Source of the DNA: an uncultured Planctomycetota bacterium
GTDB lineage: Bacteria > Planctomycetota > Planctomycetia > Isosphaerales > Isosphaeraceae
Assembly: GCA_963845755.1 (NCBI GenBank)
Contig: CAWJTV010000032.1
Location: forward strand, 1 to 64,000
Direction of reading: 5' to 3'
Length of the DNA stretch: 64,000 bases
The number at the start of each line of letters is the position of its first letter. The stretch's first letter is position 1. The notes under the pieces are model-generated. The model had not been told where the DNA came from. It made no database searches and saw only the letters and a program-made list of their open reading frames with translations. The translations under genes were made by a program, and so were the position numbers. Of the stretch, positions 10,453 to 21,513 are shown one piece after another.

Positions 10453-12082
10453 CTAGGCTGGCAAAGTTAGCTGGAGGCAGCGGTGCTCCAAGTCCTTGAG
10501 GTAGGCATCGGGATTGTGGCGGAACCGGCGTTGCTTCCGCCGCGATTCCCGCCGCGCCTCCAGTTCCGCGCGCAGTCCCTTCCAATCCTCAACATAGCCC
10601 GGGCTCAGCACCAAGCCTTCGTCCGGCCGCAGCCGCGTCGCCAGCCCCGAGATCACCCGCGCCGAGCCCATCACCACCAGGCCCGGCGACCCCCGACGCC
10701 GACCGCTGGCCCGGCGCTCGTGGTAGCGATGACTGCCGAAGGTGTGCTCCAGGTCGTTATTCGTCCGCGGCAGATCCGACGACTCGTAGCAGGCAAACAA
10801 GCCCGGCCAGTAGCTCCGGGTCACCTTCACGAACTGCTTCAAACCCGCCCGCACCGTGGGCTCGTCTGTCGTCGCCACCGCCCGGCGCATTCGCGCCAGC
10901 AGTTGCACCAGCCGCCGCCGCACCTTCTTCGCCGGCAGCCCCTCCTCGTTCTTGAGGATCCGGGCAGCGCACTTGACCCATTGGTACGACTCGCGCACCG
11001 CCGGGAACAGCGCGGCCGTCTCCTCCAGCCCGCGCCGCAGCAATTGCCTCAGCCGTTTCAAACCCCCGGGCAGGTCGCCCGCCTTGGCGACGACATCGTC
11101 CAAGTTGGCGGCAATCCGGCTCAATCGATCCTGCCGCTTCAGCCCGGAGGCCGAAAGCGGTGGCAGTCCGTCGTCGGTCAAGGCCCCGCGCACCGCGGCG
11201 CAGTAGTCCCGCACCACCTCCGCCTCCGCGTCCTCCGCGTCGTCCTCCAGCTCCTTCTCCGCCTGCACGCTCGATCTTCCGGATGCCCCGCACCCGCTTC
11301 TTCAACTCCTTCTTGGCGTGGCGATCCGCCTCGTAGATCGGCTTGGCCGCCTCGCGGAGGTAGTGGAAATGGCAGAGCTGATGGGGGACACCTTTGAGGG
11401 CGATAGCCACGGCGTTGCGGATGCTCTCCTGACCGTCGGAGACCACGCCGGTGATCGGCACCGGCAGGACCTTCCGCACCTGGTCGATCAGGCCGGCCAG
11501 GTCCTGGGCCGTGGACGACAGCAGGCTCTTGGCCAGGAGGATCTCGCCGGAGAGGCAGTCGCGCAGCACCCAGAGGACCTCGTGGCCGACATCCGGCTGC
11601 AGGCCGTCGATGGCCAGGATGACGCGGCCCTGCGGGCGCAACAGCGGACCGAGTCGCTGGGGATCGGCCGTGGCCAGGGACCGCAGCTCGTCGTAGCGGT
11701 CCAACAGGTTGGTGACGGTGCGTTCGGCCAGGATGAGCCCGCGGTGCGTGAGCTCGCGGTGGATCTCGGGGATGCTGCGGTGCTCGGCATAGCGGAGCCG
11801 GCCGACCAGCGCCATGACGTCGAGTCCGAACTCATGATAAGGCAAGGCGAAGTGGGGCTCGGCCTCGGGCCGATAGGGGCGGAGGAAGCGGGGGCAGGTG
11901 GGATTGGGGCAGCGTCGGATGGTCAGGGTCAGTCGGAAGACGCCGTCGAGAGTACTGATGGTGCGATAGTTATTGTAGTCGGCATAGGTCCGGTGCTGGC
12001 ATTCGGGGCAGTCAAGAAGGACCGGCGTCAGGGTCAGGGCCCGGTCCGGTTGCGGGCGTGGTCGTTGTCGTCGTTTGCGCAT
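10453..12082 (-). CDS. DDE transposase (frameshift ~11270)
   Basis: Zn finger CPEC...CPNPTC; LAIDGLQP, VVSDGQ, QLCHFHYLRE; second frame PRTNNDLEHTFG. The stop codon lies in the terminal CTAG. Confidence 0.85.
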
Positions 12083-12158
12083 GGGTGGATTCCTCCCGGG
12101 GTTCGATCTCCTCTTTCTACGCTCCCGGAGGGCTTTCCAGCCACTTTTGCCAGCCTAG
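10453..12158 (-). mobile_element. ~1.7-kb IS (Mutator/IS256-like DDE, ISNCY-type) inserted into the ISKra4
   Basis: TIRs CTAGGCTGGCAAAGTTAGCTGGA and (reverse complement) CTAGGCTGGCAAAAGTGGCTGGA. Flanked by T7 (10446-10452) and T8 (12159-12166) runs, consistent with a ~7-bp duplication. Confidence 0.85.
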
Positions 12159-12373
12159 TTTTTTTTCGCCAGTCGCTGTGCGAGGGCCTTGGCGGCAATC
12201 TTGTGGGCGAGGGCGCGAATCCGGAATTCGTTGTCGCCGAAGACGTGGGCATCGTCGGTGGTGGCGAGGGTGGCAGCGAGTTCGCCGATCTCGGCGTCAA
12301 CGGCCTCATGGATGGCTCGGGCGAGGTCATCGATCTCGGCCTGCTTCTCGGCTGACAAGGGAGCGGCTGGCAT
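12159..12373 (-). pseudogene. ISKra4 transposase, N-terminal part
   Basis: MPAAPLSAEKQAEI...VFGDNEFRIRALAHKIAAKALAQRLAKKN; rejoins NGYHG after removing the inner IS. Confidence 0.8.
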
Positions 12374-12466
12374 GACAGACTCCGTTTCCTGGGCGCAATT
12401 CTCCTCAACAACGTCCGCAATCCCTCTTGTGTACAAAAAATCCACCAACTTTCAAGACGCCCACCG

Positions 12467-12802
12467 CGCCGATTTCCGCGGAGGAGAAATCGATTGACAT
12501 TTGGTCCACGCCAGGACTGGTTTTCCCGCGATATCTTGGACTTGGTGTCAGTCGGTTTTGTCAGTCAGGGTCTGCGTGGGCCAATCGCCAAGTCACATCG
12601 AAGTGTGGGCCATTGGCGCGGATTTCCGCGGTTTGGCGGACCTTCCCCTTGAGCCACCTGCGATTTGACATTCCCGGTTTCCTGGTCTCTTGCCTCAAAA
12701 CCATCTGACATTCCAGGGGACAAGTTGTCGCGAATTCCGGAGAATCTCGCCACCTCCCGCCAGAAGTTGTCAGTCGGTTTCCCCCCCGCGGAAATCGGCG
12801 TT
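12467..12802. mobile_element. Non-coding MITE-like element (left tip displaced to 9227-9237 by the ISKra4)
   Basis: Reconstructed left end AACGCCGATTTCCGCGGAGGAGAAATCGATTGACA matches the reverse complement of the right end, AACGCCGATTTCCGCGGGGGGGAAACCGACTGACA. Several internal TGACA/TGTCA motifs. Confidence 0.65.
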
Positions 12803-13033
12803 GAATTCCTCTTGGGTTGCGGCCGCAAGCCGCGGTAGGGCAGGGGAGGCAGTTCGGGCCCGACCCGGTCACGATCGCAATACGCATGGGTCATATGGCA
12901 CACCAGGCTTTGCTCCTGAGGCCTTTCAGGCCGCCATGGCCTCCTTCCGACTCGCTTGCCACCCGAGCAAGGCCCCACTTCAAGAGGTCAGACTCGGGCC
13001 GTTGATCGAGGTCGGCGCCGGGTTGGCTCGAAG

Positions 13034-13861
13034 TCAGGGCTGGGCGGGCGATGGGGTGGCGGCCTCGCCTTGAGGGGCGCGCGCCGCGGTCTCCGACTCT
13101 GCCAGGGACAGACCCACGGTCACGGCCGCCCCGACGGAGACCAGCAGGCGGGCCATCAGCCGGGTCACCCAGGTCCTCGAGATCGGCTCGTCGCACTCCG
13201 CCAGGGGAAAGGCGACCGCGCCGATCACCTCGAACGCGAGGGTGCCGAGCAAGGCGCCGAGCAGGCCGGCGATGGGGCCGGGGAGACCACGCCGGGGCTT
13301 CCCCAACCCGACGGCAAAGGCCAGGCCGGCCCCGGCCCCGACCGATCCCCAGATCAAGCCATGCATCCCCAAAGAAAGGATCAGGTCGTGATCGGAGTAA
13401 AGCAACCGTGCCATGGTGAACCAGGGCAAGCAGAGCCAGGAGACGCTGGCGCCCAGGGCCACTCCCAGGGCCGTTCCCAGCAGCGTGCCGGCGACTGCGC
13501 CGGACATCGATCGCCGGGCCAGGCCGCCGGCCATCCCCAGGCAAGCGCCCAGGCAGAGTCCCAGCAGGCCGAACGTCAACGCTCCGTTCTTCGTCAGCCC
13601 CGCCGAACGGCTTTCCATGGTGGGCATCCAGATCTTGGTCCCCATGACGTCTCGCGGCATCGTCTCGATGGGGATGAGGTCGAAGGTCGCCTCGCCGCCG
13701 GCGAAGGCGAGCAGTCCGGCCAGGATCCCGCCGAGCACCGCCAGCCATCCCGCCGGGCCGAACCCTGGCCAGGTCGCCGACGTCCCGGCCTTGGGCGCGG
13801 CAGGGGGCGCGATCGGGGCTCCGATGTCCTGCGGCGGCGGATCCCGTCCTTGTGTGTTCAT
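13034..13861 (-). CDS. Gly/Ala-rich multi-pass membrane protein of unknown function
   Basis: Long ORF with about 6-7 hydrophobic segments. Confidence 0.7.
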   Translation of the reverse strand: MNTQGRDPPPQDIGAPIAPPAAPKAGTSATWPGFGPAGWLAVLGGILAGLLAFAGGEATFDLIPIETMPRDVMGTKIWMPTMESRSAGLTKNGALTFGLLGLCLGACLGMAGGLARRSMSGAVAGTLLGTALGVALGASVSWLCLPWFTMARLLYSDHDLILSLGMHGLIWGSVGAGAGLAFAVGLGKPRRGLPGPIAGLLGALLGTLAFEVIGAVAFPLAECDEPISRTWVTRLMARLLVSVGAAVTVGLSLAESETAARAPQGEAATPSPAQP

Positions 13862-14121
13862 GACATACCACACTCACGCGGCCATCGGCCGCAACCCGCA
13901 GGCGGCGGCAGGCCGTGAAAACCGTCGGGGGGGCCGTCACCGCAGGTATCCCGTATGGGGACATGGTTCGCGTGCTCGCCCACCCGATCCCCTATCCCCG
14001 GCTCGAGGGCTCGACGATCGAGTCGCGAATGTCTCCGGGCCGATGCCTTACGGCAGCTTACGTCAAAAGTCCGCCCCGAAGAAGTCTCATCGCGGAGAAT
14101 CCGCCAAATGCACCCGACCCG

Positions 14122-14437
14122 ACCGCCTGGACTTGTATGTCGGCCACGACTCGTCCTGGGATCCTCACACGTCGCCCCCATGCGCCGATCCGAGCAAGAC
14201 CGGCGCGTGCCGCCATCGCGTCCCGCTCGACTTCACGTCGAAGATCGATCACATGTTCCGCACCGGCGGAGACCGGTTCGTCGGGGACTCCGAGGTCGCC
14301 GGCATCCGCGCCTACGATCGCAAGGGCCGCGGCCTGGGCGTCGTCGTCGTTGACCTCGACGACGATGACCGCGTCGACCCCTTCGTGGCCGACAACCGAG
14401 CGGCCAGTGACATGTTCCGCAATCGGGGTAGGTTCTG
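14122..14437 (+). pseudogene. Degenerate internal fragment of a CRTAC1/FG-GAP gene
   Basis: RLDLYVGH..., DHMFRTGGDRFV, GRGLGVVVVDLDDDDRVDPFVADN...MFRNRG resemble decayed FG-GAP repeats. No start or end of the gene is present. Confidence 0.6.
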
Positions 14438-14631
14438 CACCGGGAATGACCAGAAACGCGAAACGCTCCTCACACCACGAGGGCGAGAGGAGCGCATGAT
14501 CGGGAGATGCCGGGTAAGAGAGGAACCCCGTCGAGAGACGAAGGTCCTAGATGAGAAGAAGGCCGTCCCGTCCCGAGGGTCAAGATGACCGGTCAATCGA
14601 AGTGTCAGGGGCCGAAGCGGCGGGAGTCCAC

Positions 14632-15000
14632 TCAACTGCTCTTGGGCGCCGCGGCCGGGGCGGAGCTCGTCTGCAAGTGCTTGTGGCCTGCTTTGGTCGC
14701 CTGGTAGTGGTAATTCCCACTGGCGTGCTTCTTGCCCTTCTTGACCAGCTTGTGCTTCAGCAAGGTCTCGAGGGTCTTGTTCTCCGGCTTCTTCTCGGCA
14801 TAGTAGCCGAGAGGATCGGAGTGCCCGGCGACCTTGGCCAGCAGCGCATGCTGCGGATCGCTCAGCTTGGGGCCGGCGGCCTTCTTGGGTGCCGCCTTCT
14901 TGGCCGCGACGACGGCCTTCTTGGGCGCCGCCTTCTTCGCGGTGCTCTTGACGGCCTTCTTCACGGTCTTCTTCTCGCCTGCGGTCTTGTTCATTGCCAT
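14632..15000 (-). CDS. Small basic protein: histone-H1-like K/A/P tail plus putative winged-helix-like domain
   Basis: KKTVKKAVKSTAKKAAPKKAVVAAKKAAPKKAAG followed by LSDPQHALLAKV...TLETLLKHKLVKKG...YQATKAG. Confidence 0.75.
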   Translation of the reverse strand: MAMNKTAGEKKTVKKAVKSTAKKAAPKKAVVAAKKAAPKKAAGPKLSDPQHALLAKVAGHSDPLGYYAEKKPENKTLETLLKHKLVKKGKKHASGNYHYQATKAGHKHLQTSSAPAAAPKSS

Positions 15001-15233
15001 GATCGAGTATCCTCTGACAGTGTTGAAACCTCGTTGATCGGGCAATCTGCCGATCTTCGCGGAATCATTGGTAAATCTATCAGATCGGGCAAGATATAAA
15101 AGGTCGAATTCCCGCGAAAATCCATTTTTTCCCGGAATTTTTACCGTTTATACGGGCAGTGCGGGCCGATGCGGGCGACTTCGATCGGGACATAATGGGA
15201 TTCCCATCTTCATATCAGATCCTGCCATCATCT

Positions 15234-15262
15234 GAAAAAAGCCGGAAAACGCCGGGTTTTTC
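15234..15262 (-). terminator. Putative intrinsic terminator
   Basis: Short CCGG hairpin flanked by A and T runs, ~30 nt downstream of the 15294 stop codon. Confidence 0.35.
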
Positions 15263-15293
15263 GAGGGTTTGTGCGCCCATAGCTCGCATCGAG

Positions 15294-15697
15294 TCAGTCC
15301 CAGGTGGTCAAGTAGACGATGAGGACCAGCATCGTGACGACGACGTAGGCGGCACCTTCGGCGAACACGCAGGCCAGGATGAAGACGCCGACGAACGTCG
15401 TCATCCCCACCATATAAGAGAGGATGCCCAGGAGCATATTCTTCCAGGAGTCGTGCCCTCCGGCGGGGATGCTGCTCAGCTTCCATTGCGCGGCCTGCAT
15501 CGCGAAAAGGATGATCGCGAGGAGACCGAAGGCGACCCGTCTGCGCCGTTGTCCAACGAAGAACGAAGCGTTACGGTCACGGTGAGGCAGGTCAGCGCGG
15601 TCACGGCAACGCCGACCATCAAGTCGCCGAGCGTCAGCCGCCTGGGCCGGGAGATCGAGAGCCATCCGAATTCGTCAACCGGTGGTTGGTGGGCCAT
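15294..15697 (-). CDS. Small membrane protein (frameshift ~15545)
   Basis: MAHQPP...RRLTLGDLMVGVAVTA (typical planctomycete RxTLxDLM start) joined to the hydrophobic C-terminal frame ending LIVYLTTWD. Confidence 0.6.
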
Positions 15698-16041
15698 CGT
15701 GGTCGTCTCCTGTGCGCAGGGTCCTCGTGCGTTGGCGATCATGGCGGAATTGTAGCCCTTCGATGAGTGCTGGACCAGTGACTCGGTCCGGCTTATCGAG
15801 GGACCTGGCCGAGCGATAGCAGGACCTCCAGCGGCCCCGATCGATCCCTGGGCAAGGATGCTGCGAGTGTTATTCTCGAGGCGGCGAGGGAAGACCGCCG
15901 AAGTCCAGCCACGCGGTAAACGGCCCACCGACACGATTGCTACAGGCATGTCGAACTCGAGGTAGGTCGATGGGGGAATCTGCAAGGACGGAGGGGGCCG
16001 GTTCCCGGTCTCAAGGGAACGAGATGGTGAAAGCTGGTGAA

Positions 16042-16156
16042 GTTCGGCGCGGGTCTCCTGACCCCGCCGTGGGCCGGACCGCAGGTCTCCCGCCGGGAGT
16101 CTCCAGGGGAGACCTTCGGTCGGCGGGATGGCAAGGGCGGGAGACGTTCCCACAAC
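16042..16156. repeat. REP/REPIN-like inverted doublet
   Basis: GTTCGGCGCGGGTCTCCTGACCCCGCC...GACCGCAGGTCTCC, then the inverted GGAGACCTTCGGTCG...GGGAGACGTTCCCACAAC. Confidence 0.7.
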
Positions 16157-16282
16157 GAACTTTACTTTTCCAGGCAACGCTCAGTAGACTCGCGCTTCGG
16201 CTTGATGGGTTCGTCGCGTGCGAGGTTCGGCGCGGGGCGTCGGCCGCGTTCGGTCTTTCTCGCGATCGGGTTGGTGGCGACC

Positions 16283-17101
16283 ATGTCAACTCCATCAACG
16301 CGGGCTTCGGATCGTATGGAGGCCATCGAGCGGTCGGAGGCGTCCCAGGTCACGGTCATCGTGCCCGGGATCGAGCTGCGGCCGTTGGCCGGTGGGCACA
16401 ACGGCGCGCGGGGCCTGTTCACGGGCCTGCTGAGCCTGGCGCCCGGCGCGATCTATCCGTTCTATGGGCGGCCGGTGACCGAGTCGCTGGTCGTGCTGGA
16501 GGGCGAGGCGGCCCTCGACGTCGAGGATCGGCGTTACCACCTCGGGCCGCGCGACGCCGCCGCCGTGTTGCCGATGCAGCCGCGACGGTTGGTGAACCGC
16601 TCCGCCGATCGGCCGGTCCGGCTCCACGTCGCGCTGGCCTCGGAAAACGCCGAGCAGAGCTGGATCAACGGCCGGTTCGTCGCCGCCGAGCAGCCGCCTG
16701 GCGCGACGGGTCGAGAGGGTTCCGAGCGGGTCTGCCGTCACGCCGAGGTGCCGACCTTCGAGCTGGCACCCCACGCGATGTTCCAGGACCTCTACAACGC
16801 CCAGCTCGGCTCGCAAGGGATCTGCGGCGGCTACGGACTCTTCGAACCCGGCGCACGGCTCCCCTGCCATCGCCACGAGTTCGATGAATCGATCACCATC
16901 GTGCAGGGAACCGCCACCTGCGTCGTCGAAGGCCGGCGCCACGAGCTGTCGGACTGCGCCACCGCCATGGTCCCCCAGGGGCGTTGCCACTACTTCATCA
17001 ACCTCACCCGCGCGCCGATGGCCATGATCTGGGTCTACGCCGGAGACATGCCCGACCGCATCGTCGTGGACGAGACGCTCTGCCTCGGGAGCCGCCGGTG
17101 A
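16283..17101 (+). CDS. Bicupin (two cupin_2 domains)
   Basis: Second domain has PCHRHEFDESITIVQG...VPQGRCHYFIN. The first domain lacks the His ligands (PFYGRPVTES). Confidence 0.85.
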   Translation: MSTPSTRASDRMEAIERSEASQVTVIVPGIELRPLAGGHNGARGLFTGLLSLAPGAIYPFYGRPVTESLVVLEGEAALDVEDRRYHLGPRDAAAVLPMQPRRLVNRSADRPVRLHVALASENAEQSWINGRFVAAEQPPGATGREGSERVCRHAEVPTFELAPHAMFQDLYNAQLGSQGICGGYGLFEPGARLPCHRHEFDESITIVQGTATCVVEGRRHELSDCATAMVPQGRCHYFINLTRAPMAMIWVYAGDMPDRIVVDETLCLGSRR

Positions 17102-17374
17102 CCCGTGGCCGGTGGCCCGCGAAGACCGGTCCTGCCGACCTGCCGACCACGGTCAACTACTTGCCAGCGACCGCCAGATCGGATACAAATAAGACTGAGC
17201 GCAGCGCAGTATCGATCGAGAGTGTAACGGCCGGCGATGGTGTCTCCGAGGGATCGACGGCGTGGCCGCGATCTCCTGGCTTGATGTCCTGGTCCTATCC
17301 CGGGCTCCCCACCGAAGCCCGGTCCCACCTGGTTTGAGTTGAGCTCGGGTCGAGGGTGATCCGAAGCCTCGCCC

Positions 17375-17398
17375 CGAGAGAAAACCCTCTCGTTTTTT
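17375..17398 (+). terminator. Putative intrinsic terminator just upstream of the DUF1592 gene
   Basis: CGAGAG-AAAACC-CTCTCG followed by T6. Confidence 0.4.
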
Positions 17399-17415
17399 GA
17401 CGGGTTGGCCTTCCC

Positions 17416-19860
17416 ATGCAGACGAATCCCCCGCCCGCAATCGGTCATCTCGGCCGTCGCCGTCATCTCGGTACGCCTCGCCTTGCGGGGATGGTGCCGG
17501 GGTGGTTCTTGTTGATGTGGGTACCCCTGGCGATCGCGGCCACGCCCGACCGAAAGGGCGAACAGATCTACCATAAGACGTGCGCCACGTGCCATGGTGC
17601 GGCGGGGGAAGGGACCGACGATCACTATCCGAAGCCGCTGATCGGCGAGCGCTCGGTGGAGGGTCTGGCGAAGATCATCGCCAAGACGATGCCCGAGGAT
17701 GATCCGGGGACGTGCGTGGGTGAGGATGCCAGGAACGTCGCTGCCTATATGTATGACGCGTTCTACTCGAAGGCCGCGCAAGCCCGCAACCCGTTCCGGG
17801 CGCCGCGGATCGAGCTCTCGCGCCTGACCGTGCGGCAATACCGCAACGCCGTGACCGACCTGATCGGCAGCTTCCGCAATCCCGGAAATTGGGACGAGTC
17901 GCGGGGCCTCAAGGGAGAGTATGCGGCGCGGGCGCGTCGGGGGCGGCGCGGCGGCGGAGGCAGCAACTTGCAGCGCGTTCAACCCCGAGATCCGGTTCGA
18001 TTTCGGGACGAGCAGTCCGATCCCCGAGCAGAGCGCGCTGAAGGACGTCTCGCGGCGGTGGGTCCGGCTGCCGGTGCTCCTGGTCCCGCTGAACGGCTTC
18101 CGGCAGTTCTCGCAGGAGTATCGGGTGACCTGGCAGGGCTCGGTCCTGGCGGCGGAGACCGGCGAGTACGAGTTCGTCGTGAAGACGGAGAATGCGCCGC
18201 GGCTGTGGGTCAACGACATGGTCCGTCCGTTGATCGACGCCTCGGTCAAATCCGGGAGCGACACGGAGTATCGCGAGTCGATCCACCTGCTGGGCGGGCG
18301 GGTCTATCCGATCCGGCTGGAGCTCTCGCGGGGGAAGGAGAAGACGGCGTCGATCGCCCTGTTATGGAAGCCCCCGCACCGCGCCGTCGAGGTGATCGCG
18401 CGGACGAACCTCTCGCCCAACGTATTCCCGGAGACCTTCGTGCTGAAGACGCCGTTCCCGCCGGACGACCGGAGCGTCGGCTACGAGCGCGGCACGTCGA
18501 TCTCGAAGGCGTGGGACCAGGCGACGACCGATGCGGCGCTGGAAGTGGCCGGCTACGTCGTGTCCCACCTCAAGGACCTGGCCGGGGTCTCCGACGGCGC
18601 GCCGGACAAAGAACGGGAGCCGAAGCTTCGCGAGTTCTGCGGGCGGTTCGCCGAGCGGGCATTTCGCCGGCCGTTGGCGGCCGAGCAGAAAGCGTTCTTC
18701 ATCGACAGGCAGTTCCAGCAGAGCCGCGACCCGGCGACGGCCGTGAAACGGGCGGTGATCCTGGCCCTCAAGTCGCCGAGGTTCCTCTATCGCGAGCTGG
18801 GCCAGGGCAATCCGGACGCCTTCGACGTGGCGTCGCGGCTCTCGTTCGGCCTGTGGGACTCGCTTCCCGATCAACCGCTGTGGGAGGCCGCCGCCTCCGG
18901 CCGGCTCGCCACCCGCGAGCAGGTCGCCGACCAGGCGCGGCGCATGGTCTCGGACCTCCGCGCCGCGCCAAGGTCCGCGAGTTCTTCCTGCAATGGCTGC
19001 GGGTCGATCAGGGGCCGGAGATCGCCAAGGACCCGAAGCTCTTCCCCGGCTTTGATGAGACGGTCGTCTCCGATCTCCGCAGCTCGCTCGAGTTGTTCCT
19101 CGACGACGTCATCGGCAGCGAGGCCGCCGATTTCCGCCAGATTCTCCACGCGGATTACCTCTATCTCAACGGGCGGCTCGCGCGGATCTATGGTGCCGAG
19201 CTGCCCGCCGACGCGCCGTTCCAGAAGGTTTCCCGCGCGACCTACGAACGGGCCGGCGTCTTGACGCACCCTTACTTGCTCTCGAGCTTCGCCTACACGG
19301 CGGCCAGCTCGCCCATCCATCGCGGGGTCTTCGTGTCCCGGAGCATCCTGGGCCGAGTGCTCAGGCCCCCGCCCGAGGCCGTCGCACCCCTGATCGCCGA
19401 TCTTCATCCCGACCTGACCACCCGCCAGCGCATCGCGCTCCAGACCAAGCCCGAGTCCTGCCAGTCCTGCCACGTGATGATCAATCATCTGGGATTTACC
19501 CTGGAGCACTACGACGCCATCGGCCGATATCGAGATCGGGAAAAAGGGCGACCGATCGACGCCACCGGCTCCTATGAGACCCGCACCGGCGATCGCGTCG
19601 AGCTCGACGGCGTCGCCGCGCTGGCCAAGTTCCTTGCCGCCAGCGAGGAGACGCACACCGCGTTCGTCCAGCAGTTGTTCCACTACCTGGTCAAGCAGCC
19701 GATCCGCGCCTTCGGCCGTCAGGAACTCCCCAAGTTGCGTCGATCGTTCGAGGCTAACGGTTATAATATTCGGAAGCTGATGGTCGAGATCATGGCGACC
19801 TCGGCCCTGGCGCCACGATCGCTCGTGGTCAGTGGCCCGCAAAAAACCAAAGCCTCATGA
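17416..19860 (+). CDS. Cytochrome c + PA14 + DUF1592/DUF1588 (PSD-type) protein (frameshifts ~17960 and ~18960)
   Basis: CATCH near the N-terminus, [13 protein letters not shown]14-like [37 protein letters not shown]. Confidence 0.85.
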   Translation: MQTNPPPAIGHLGRRRHLGTPRLAGMVPGWFLLMWVPLAIAATPDRKGEQIYHKTCATCHGAAGEGTDDHYPKPLIGERSVEGLAKIIAKTMPEDDPGTCVGEDARNVAAYMYDAFYSKAAQARNPFRAPRIELSRLTVRQYRNAVTDLIGSFRNPGNWDESRGLKGEYAARARRGRRGGGGSNLQRVQPRDPVRFRDEQSDPRAERAEGRLAAVGPAAGAPGPAERLPAVLAGVSGDLAGLGPGGGDRRVRVRREDGECAAAVGQRHGPSVDRRLGQIRERHGVSRVDPPAGRAGLSDPAGALAGEGEDGVDRPVMEAPAPRRRGDRADEPLAQRIPGDLRAEDAVPAGRPERRLRARHVDLEGVGPGDDRCGAGSGRLRRVPPQGPGRGLRRRAGQRTGAEASRVLRAVRRAGISPAVGGRAESVLHRQAVPAEPRPGDGRETGGDPGPQVAEVPLSRAGPGQSGRLRRGVAALVRPVGLASRSTAVGGRRLRPARHPRAGRRPGAAHGLGPPRRAKVREFFLQWLRVDQGPEIAKDPKLFPGFDETVVSDLRSSLELFLDDVIGSEAADFRQILHADYLYLNGRLARIYGAELPADAPFQKVSRATYERAGVLTHPYLLSSFAYTAASSPIHRGVFVSRSILGRVLRPPPEAVAPLIADLHPDLTTRQRIALQTKPESCQSCHVMINHLGFTLEHYDAIGRYRDREKGRPIDATGSYETRTGDRVELDGVAALAKFLAASEETHTAFVQQLFHYLVKQPIRAFGRQELPKLRRSFEANGYNIRKLMVEIMATSALAPRSLVVSGPQKTKAS

Positions 19861-19969
19861 CTGGCAACGACCGATCAGACTGAGGATAATGAACTTCCGA
19901 CGTCTTTTGACTCGAATCTTGAGCCGCTACCCACAACCCGCCACGGAAACGTCATACCGGAGTAAGGAC

Positions 19970-21295
19970 ATGGCCCAGCGAAGCAGCAACCGGCGCGAAT
20001 TCATCCGCGACATGGGGATTGGCGCGGCGGCCATCCCGTTCATCCTGAACCTGCCCAGCCTAGGTTTCGCCAATCAGGCGGTTCGGAAGCAGCGGTTGGT
20101 GATCTTGTTCAGCCCCAACGGGGTCGTCCCCTCGAACTTCTGGCCGAGCGAGGAGGGGGCGAATTTCCAGTTCAAGGAGATCATGAAGCCGCTGGAGCCG
20201 TTCAAGAGCCGGACGCTGGTCCTGCACGGCGTCTGCGACAAGCTCCGCGGCGACGGCGACAACCACATGCGCGGCATGGGCTGCTTGCTGACGGGCATCG
20301 AGTTGTTCCCCGGCAACATCCAGGGCGGCTCGGATACGCCGGCCGGCTGGGCGAAGGGGATCTCGATCGACCAGGAGATCAAGAATCACCTTCAGAAGAA
20401 GTCGGAGACGCGCACCCGGTTTGGCTCGCTGGAGTTCGGCGTGATGGTGCCGGACCGGGCGGATACCTGGAGCCGCATGGTCTACACCGGCCCGAATAGG
20501 CCGATTGCTCCGATCGACGACCCTTACCAGATGTTCGCCAAGCTCTACGGCCGGATGAAGGACCAGGAGAGCCTCAAGAGCATCCTCGACGAGCTCCAGG
20601 ACGACCTGAAGAAGGTCCGCTCGGTGGTCAGCGCCGAGGACCGCCAACTGATCGAGGAACACGCGACGTTCGTCCGCGAGATGGAGCAAGAGCTCCAGCA
20701 AGACACCAGCCGCCCGGACGTCGGCCATGCGGTCCCCGAGATCGAGCCGGGGCTCAAGCACGAGAACAGCCAGATGCCCAAGATCAGCAAGACGCAGATC
20801 GACCTCATGGTCAACGCCTTCGCCGGGGACTTCGCCCGCGTGGCCACGCTGCAATTCACCAACTCGGTCGGCGGGGCCCGGATGAAGTGGGTCGGGGTCA
20901 ACGAGGGTCATCACGAGCTGTCGCATCACGATGACAGCAACAAGAAGTCGCAGGAGAGCCTGACCAAGATCAACAAGTGGTACTGCGAGCAGATGGCCTA
21001 CCTGGCCAAGCGGCTGGCCGAGACTCCCGAGCCCGGCGGCAGCGGCAGCCTGCTGGACCATACCCTCCTCGTCTGGACCAACGAGCTGGGCAAGGGGAAC
21101 TCGCACACGCTCAACGACATCCCCTTCGTGCTCGTCGGCAACGGCCTGGACTTCCGCATGGGCCGCTCGCTCAAGTACAAGAACGTCGCCCACAACCGGC
21201 TGTTGCTCGCCCTGGCCAACGGGATGGGCCATCACATCGAACGGTTCGGCAACCCGAACCTCAGCGCCGACGGCGTGCTCTCGGGGTTGATCTGA
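19970..21295 (+). CDS. DUF1552 family protein with Tat-like signal
   Basis: [46 protein letters not shown]; usual partner of DUF1592. Confidence 0.9.
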   Translation: MAQRSSNRREFIRDMGIGAAAIPFILNLPSLGFANQAVRKQRLVILFSPNGVVPSNFWPSEEGANFQFKEIMKPLEPFKSRTLVLHGVCDKLRGDGDNHMRGMGCLLTGIELFPGNIQGGSDTPAGWAKGISIDQEIKNHLQKKSETRTRFGSLEFGVMVPDRADTWSRMVYTGPNRPIAPIDDPYQMFAKLYGRMKDQESLKSILDELQDDLKKVRSVVSAEDRQLIEEHATFVREMEQELQQDTSRPDVGHAVPEIEPGLKHENSQMPKISKTQIDLMVNAFAGDFARVATLQFTNSVGGARMKWVGVNEGHHELSHHDDSNKKSQESLTKINKWYCEQMAYLAKRLAETPEPGGSGSLLDHTLLVWTNELGKGNSHTLNDIPFVLVGNGLDFRMGRSLKYKNVAHNRLLLALANGMGHHIERFGNPNLSADGVLSGLI

Positions 21296-21513
21296 GACGT
21301 TTTACCGATCTCATCAAGATGAGCATGCCGGTGCCGTCGTCCCGGTTCTTTTTGATGGCCTGCATTACGCGCCGATGACAACGATGGTCGTTATTCCTGA
21401 GCGTTGCATGGAAAACTAAACTTCTTCGGGATGATCGGCAGCCAAGGACTTCTCTCGCAGACTTTTCTTGTAGGAGCCGGCTCCGTGCCGCGGTGCCCCG
21501 AGTTTAGTTTTCT

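Larger units (their letters stand above)
9238..12466 (-). mobile_element. ISKra4-family IS, interrupted by a second IS
   Basis: Imperfect TIRs CGGTGTGCGTCACATTAGTTGGTGG and (reverse complement) CGGTGGGCGTCTTGAAAGTTGGTGG. 9-bp target duplication CGCCGATTT at 9229-9237 and 12467-12475. Confidence 0.9.

Noticed and set aside
17232..17398. Fluoride riboswitch-like start (GGCGATGGTGTC) upstream of a terminator
   Set aside because: The first stem is imperfect, the downstream pseudoknot partner (GACACC/CTAC) is absent, and the downstream gene is not fluoride-related.
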